Shown in pieces: positions 16,792 through 20,000 of a stretch of DNA of 20,000 bases (positions are counted from its first letter, which is position 1; the number at the start of each line of letters is the position of its first letter). The notes under the pieces were generated by a model. That model searched no databases. It worked only from the letters and a program-made list of their open reading frames with translations, and was not told the DNA's origin. The stretch lies in IMG/VR virus record IMGVR_UViG_3300045115_000228; one strand, given 5' to 3'. Source of the DNA: an uncultured virus (IMG/VR IMGVR_UViG_3300045115_000228) (taxonomy: Duplodnaviria; Heunggongvirae; Uroviricota; Caudoviricetes). The position numbers were made by a program, and so were the translations under genes.

Positions 16792-17105
16792 GGATACTCG
16801 CCATGGGGAAGCCCAAGCCGGCGACGAACCCGGACGCCATCGACCCGCGGCTGCTCGAACTCGCCATCTCCGTCATCCGCGAGGAGCACGCCAAGGGACC
16901 GCTCGCCAGGCGCATCGCCAAGAGGCTCGCCGAAGCCGGCATCACCGAGAGACAGTTCTCCGCCGCCACCTCCGACCACCACGGAAACAGCAACAGGAAG
17001 GCATACGTGGCTGGGCCCCTGCAGAACGCCATCGCCAACGAGCTCAGGGACGCCGAGAAAGGGTTCGTCGCCAAGAACCATGGCGATGTCGCCTACGTCC
17101 TGTGA
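16788..17105 (+). CDS. Hypothetical protein (105 aa)
   Basis: ATG 16788 in ATGA overlap with GAAGGGGG upstream; helical sequence with GC3 bias. Confidence 0.8.
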   Translation: MRILAMGKPKPATNPDAIDPRLLELAISVIREEHAKGPLARRIAKRLAEAGITERQFSAATSDHHGNSNRKAYVAGPLQNAIANELRDAEKGFVAKNHGDVAYVL

Positions 17106-17209
17106 GCCACGCCGGCCACGACCAGGTGCTCAAGACCTTCATGACCATGGACTCCTTCGCCTTCACGATGGCCGCCGAGACGGAAGGTTTCCTGATCGTG
17201 CTCGCGTAG
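17102..17209 (+). CDS. Possible 35-aa small protein
   Basis: GTG start overlapping the previous TGA (GTGA), continuing the coupled chain; codons almost all end in G/C; (M)SHAGHDQVLKTFMTMDSFAFTMAAETEGFLIVLA. Confidence 0.45.
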   Translation: MSHAGHDQVLKTFMTMDSFAFTMAAETEGFLIVLA

Positions 17210-17243
17210 GTCTCCTGCGTCCCCACCCGCCATCCAAGGAACG

Positions 17244-18095
17244 TCAGACCCGCGACAGGAAACGCGACGGATGACCGAAACGCTTGCGGTTGATTGAGAT
17301 GGACGCCTCCGACTTGCCGAGCGACTTCGCCAACTCCGCATTGCTTCTCGTCCAATCGACGCCTGACCATCTCCCAGCCATCCGCAAGTCCCACGCACTG
17401 AAGCCGGATGGGGCATGACGATGCCGACCCCTACGGACAACGGAAACGGAACGCCCCGTCAAGGCGACCACCTCCGCGTCCGACTGCGACCAGTCCACGG
17501 CACCCCAGTCGACCTTGACCTTGGGATGAGGAAGACGCTTGCGGCGCGTCAGGAACGACGCCACAGCCATGACGGATCGGCGCTCCTCTGACGACGTAGC
17601 CCTGTTGACGAACTCGAACCTGCAGCCAAGGATGTCCTCCACATGGCGGCGCTTCGCATCGATCTTCCTGACGTACCCATCCCATCCGCGAAACGAGCGG
17701 TCATAGCTGGAGACCTCGACATATAGCCTTTCAGACGGGACATGGAAGTCGAACCGCATCCGTGACCCAGGATAACGCTTGTCGTGCTCGAACGGAACGC
17801 CAGACTCCTTGAGCCTCATGTAATGGGCGGCCTCCAGAATCGAGCCGAACTTCCTGCCGTCAATGCCGATAAGACCAGCAGCCTCGCATCCGCCACAGGA
17901 ACGCGTCCTGCCGCTCCTCAACTTGGTGCTCTTGATGTTCACGATCTTCCCGCAGTCGCACCTGCATTCCCATATCGCCTTTTTGCACCCGCCTCCGCTT
18001 GTCGCTGCCGCCGATGGAACCCAAGTCCCGACCTTCCGGATCGCAAGAAGATGACCGAACTTTTGACCAGAGATGTCAATATGGTGGGGTTTCAT
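17244..18095 (-). CDS. Free-standing homing-endonuclease-like protein: N-terminal Cys-rich domain, PD-(D/E)XK nuclease, two C-terminal HTH-like repeats (283 aa)
   Basis: DISGQKFGHL...WECRCDCG...LRSGRTRSCGGC is the N-terminal module common in phage HNH/AP2 homing endonucleases. FGSILEA...RFDFHVP...LYVEV is a PD-(D/E)XK/Vsr-like core. VDWSQSDAEVVALTGRS and VDWTRSNAELAKSLGKS are HTH-like repeats. Start placed at MKPHH (18095). Confidence 0.8.
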   Translation of the reverse strand: MKPHHIDISGQKFGHLLAIRKVGTWVPSAAATSGGGCKKAIWECRCDCGKIVNIKSTKLRSGRTRSCGGCEAAGLIGIDGRKFGSILEAAHYMRLKESGVPFEHDKRYPGSRMRFDFHVPSERLYVEVSSYDRSFRGWDGYVRKIDAKRRHVEDILGCRFEFVNRATSSEERRSVMAVASFLTRRKRLPHPKVKVDWGAVDWSQSDAEVVALTGRSVSVVRRGRHRHAPSGFSAWDLRMAGRWSGVDWTRSNAELAKSLGKSEASISINRKRFGHPSRFLSRV

Positions 18096-18488
18096 GCGTA
18101 TTATTTCTGGTAGTCCCAAAGGGAACCCTTCTTGAAATTCAGTGACCTGTAATAATTTTCGAAATGACTGGAGTCCCAATGGTGCCGGGAGTCCCAGATA
18201 GGCGGGCCGGGGGGCCGGGCTGCCCACGCCAGAATTGGAAACGAAAAACTACAGACCCCCCTTGATCCATACGGCCCCCTTCTCATCCGTGAGATGGCTC
18301 GGCGCACGCTCCCTCCGTCTGGGGTGGGACAGCCTGCCGGAGTGGGGGAGCGCCCGTCCGCCCTCCGCCCGGCGTCGGCCCAGGGCAGCCGCGGCTTCGA
18401 GGCTCCTTGGGCGCCGCCACTCCGGCGTGGGCTGGAGCGGCAAGGGGCAGGTCGCCCTGCCCCTCGCAGCCATAGCCTGACCGCCAGC

Positions 18489-19061
18489 CTACGCCGCTCG
18501 GCGCGGGGCGTCGGACTCGTACCCCTCGAAGAACGCCGTCAGGATCTCGTCCTGTGTCGTCGCCGAGCCGACCAGCGTCGCCACTCCCGACAGGATCTCC
18601 TCGGCGAAGGGGGACAGGTCGAGCGTGCCGACGTTGGCGTCCGCCGTGTCCATCGAAGCCTTGTCGTCGAGCCTGCGGGCGTCCAAGAACGCCTTGCGGC
18701 GTCCCGTGGCGTCGTCGGCGTCGCGCACGGCTTGGATGGCTGACTTGACCCTCGCGGACACGCCGAGGCGCGCGCCGAGCTGGAGCGCCTCGCCGATGGT
18801 CGTCGTGAGGACGCACGCGGCGTCGTCCCAGTTGCCAGCGTGCTCCACGGGGATGACGCTGGAGATGGCGTCGAGGGACTGATCGGAGGGGGCGTCCATC
18901 TCGACGAACACCTCCACTCCCCAGTTCGTGCCGCCGCCCCTCGACGCGACGCCCTTCGCGACGATCCTGCCCCTCGTGGCGATGAGTCCCGCCGCCCTCG
19001 CGAGGCGCGTGGCGTCCTTCGCGTCCCCCGTGCCCAGCATCAGCCGAGTCGTGCCGTTCAT
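18489..19061 (-). CDS. Hypothetical protein (190 aa)
   Basis: GGAAGGA RBS before ATG; GC3-biased codons; protein-like composition. Confidence 0.82.
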   Translation of the reverse strand: MNGTTRLMLGTGDAKDATRLARAAGLIATRGRIVAKGVASRGGGTNWGVEVFVEMDAPSDQSLDAISSVIPVEHAGNWDDAACVLTTTIGEALQLGARLGVSARVKSAIQAVRDADDATGRRKAFLDARRLDDKASMDTADANVGTLDLSPFAEEILSGVATLVGSATTQDEILTAFFEGYESDAPRRAA

Positions 19062-19073
19062 TGTGTCCTTCCC

Positions 19074-19090
19074 GCCCCGTTCGGGGCTTT
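19074..19090. other. Short GC hairpin GCCCC-GTTC-GGGGC followed by TTT on the plus strand
   Basis: Perfect 5-bp stem at 19074-19087 in the intergenic gap, just upstream of the RBS of the 190-aa minus-strand gene. The U-tract is too short for a confident terminator call. Confidence 0.4.
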
Positions 19091-19110
19091 GGCTGTCAGA
19101 GACGTCCGTC

Positions 19111-19143
19111 CGTCACGCCGCCTGCGTCACGCCGCCTGCGTCA
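19111..19143. repeat. 14-bp direct tandem repeat CGTCACGCCGCCTG x2.4
   Basis: Exact copies at 19111-19124 and 19125-19138 plus CGTCA at 19139-19143; spans the stop codon of the 126-aa gene. Confidence 0.85.
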
Positions 19144-19507
19144 TCGCCACGGCGGGCTTCGTCCAGACGAGCCAGTCGTGGTCCACTCCGCCCTCGCCGT
19201 CGTCGCAGGCGACCTTCATCAGCCTGTGCCCTTGGCGGGCGAGCAGCCCGACGATGTTGAACGCCCTCGCGTCATCGATGCAGCCGACGACGCTGCCGCC
19301 CGTGCGGGGGGTGCGTTCCCAGCCGAACGGGCCGAAGTGCGCGACGAGGTGCCCGCAGGGGGATCGGAATCCCGCCCGCTGGCTGCCGTAGAGCCGCCCG
19401 CAGGTCGGGCAGCGTGCGCCGTCCTTGAGGCTGACGAGGACGGCAGCCGCCTCGACTTCGGCGGGGGCGGCTGGGGTCTTGAACGTGTGCGTTGCCTTGG
19501 ATGTCAT
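19127..19507 (-). CDS. Hypothetical protein (126 aa) with CxxC...CxH putative zinc ribbon
   Basis: ATG 19507 with CAGGAG RBS, directly downstream of the tandem promoters; motif RCPTCG...SPCGH. Confidence 0.8.
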   Translation of the reverse strand: MTSKATHTFKTPAAPAEVEAAAVLVSLKDGARCPTCGRLYGSQRAGFRSPCGHLVAHFGPFGWERTPRTGGSVVGCIDDARAFNIVGLLARQGHRLMKVACDDGEGGVDHDWLVWTKPAVAMTQAA

Positions 19508-19543
19508 GGCGTTCTCCTGTTGGTTCCCATCGTTCACGCGCGC

Positions 19544-19572
19544 AACATAGCATATTGGCGCGATTGCGTCAA
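19544..19572 (-). promoter_or_regulatory. Sigma70 promoter TTGACG-N17-TATGTT with extended -10 (TGn)
   Basis: Minus strand: gcTTGACGcaatcgcgccaataTGcTATGTT; -35 at 19567-19572, -10 at 19544-19549. Confidence 0.8.
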
Positions 19573-19621
19573 GCATTGGTTTCGGGGTCCTGTGGTTCCC
19601 TTCCCCATTGTTGACGCGAGC

Positions 19622-19650
19622 AGGGTAGCATATCCGCGTCGGTATGTCAA
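19622..19650 (-). promoter_or_regulatory. Sigma70 promoter TTGACA-N17-TACCCT with extended -10 (TGn)
   Basis: Minus strand: gcTTGACAtaccgacgcggataTGcTACCCT; -35 at 19645-19650, -10 at 19622-19627; 78 bp upstream of its paralogous copy. Confidence 0.75.
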
Positions 19651-19729
19651 GCGTTCTTTCCGCAGGTCGACGTCCCCTGTCCGCCTGGCTTCGGGTCGGG
19701 GGGTCGGGCGGCCCCACTGCCTCGTGGCG

Positions 19730-19794
19730 GAGCCTAGAGCCTGGCGCCGGGCGCCTGGAGCCTGGCGGCCGCAGGGGAGTGGGGCGTGGGGTCG
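19730..19794. repeat. Degenerate 7-bp tandem repeats
   Basis: GAGCCTA GAGCCTG GCGCCGG GCGCCTG GAGCCTG (19730-19764), followed by GGGGAGT GGGGCGT GGGGTCG (19774-19794). Confidence 0.65.
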
Positions 19795-19810
19795 CCGGCC
19801 CTGGCGGTCT

Positions 19811-19935
19811 CGGTCGCGCGATCGTCCGCGATCGACCGCAATTGACCGCGGATGGCCGTGACAGGCCGTGACAGGCCGTGACGGGCCGTGACGGGCCGTG
19901 ACAGGCCGCGATCGGCCGTGGACGATCGTGATCGG
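19811..19935. repeat. 10-bp-period tandem repeat array (core GGCCGTGAC[A/G] x5 with degenerate flanking units)
   Basis: Five units GGCCGTGAC[A/G] at 19854-19903, then GGCCGCGATC and GGCCGTGGAC; preceded by ATCGTCCGCG ATCGACCGCA ATTGACCGCG with the same period. Confidence 0.9.
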
Positions 19936-20000
19936 GCTGGGGTCGCCGTCGCGGCCACTCCGTGCCGGGCGTGGCTGCCCGCGGCTGAAGAGGCAAGGGC

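Noticed and set aside
18249..18473. 74-aa minus-strand ORF MAARGRATCP...
   Set aside because: No RBS, Arg/Pro-rich and without clear GC3 bias; cannot be supported as a gene, though not excluded.
19811..19935. Repeat array as CRISPR
   Set aside because: Units are 10 bp, contiguous and have no unique spacers; no cas genes in the window.
19508..19996. N-terminal extension of ORF 19127..19996
   Set aside because: It reads through promoters and tandem repeats; the RBS-supported start is 19507.
1..20000. tRNA/rRNA, IS elements, integrase, virion structural genes
   Set aside because: No recognisable signatures; the phage origin of the window therefore remains an inference from gene style and content.

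Overview
High-GC, densely coded window with the character of an accessory/early region of a large bacteriophage or phage-like element. This is inferred: there is no capsid, terminase, integrase or host housekeeping gene in the window. The first 8.76 kb is the 3' part of a giant (>2,900 aa, 5'-truncated) multidomain ORF. It is built from at least three kinds of small repeated domain and is punctuated five times by a conserved [KR]-x-A-Q-[FI]-[DE]-[DE]-... acidic motif, which suggests a processed polyprotein or cassette-built polyvalent protein. Next come an unusual lipoprotein/spanin-like gene, two hypothetical genes, and a four-gene block: beta-class amino-MTase, PD-(D/E)XK-like protein, C5 cytosine MTase and HNH nuclease. 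A translationally coupled chain of small hypothetical genes follows. The minus strand then carries a homing-endonuclease-like gene, an AT-richer non-coding patch and two small genes driven by a duplicated sigma70 promoter. The window ends in 7-bp and 10-bp phased tandem repeats. All family assignments come from motif recognition by eye, not from database searches.
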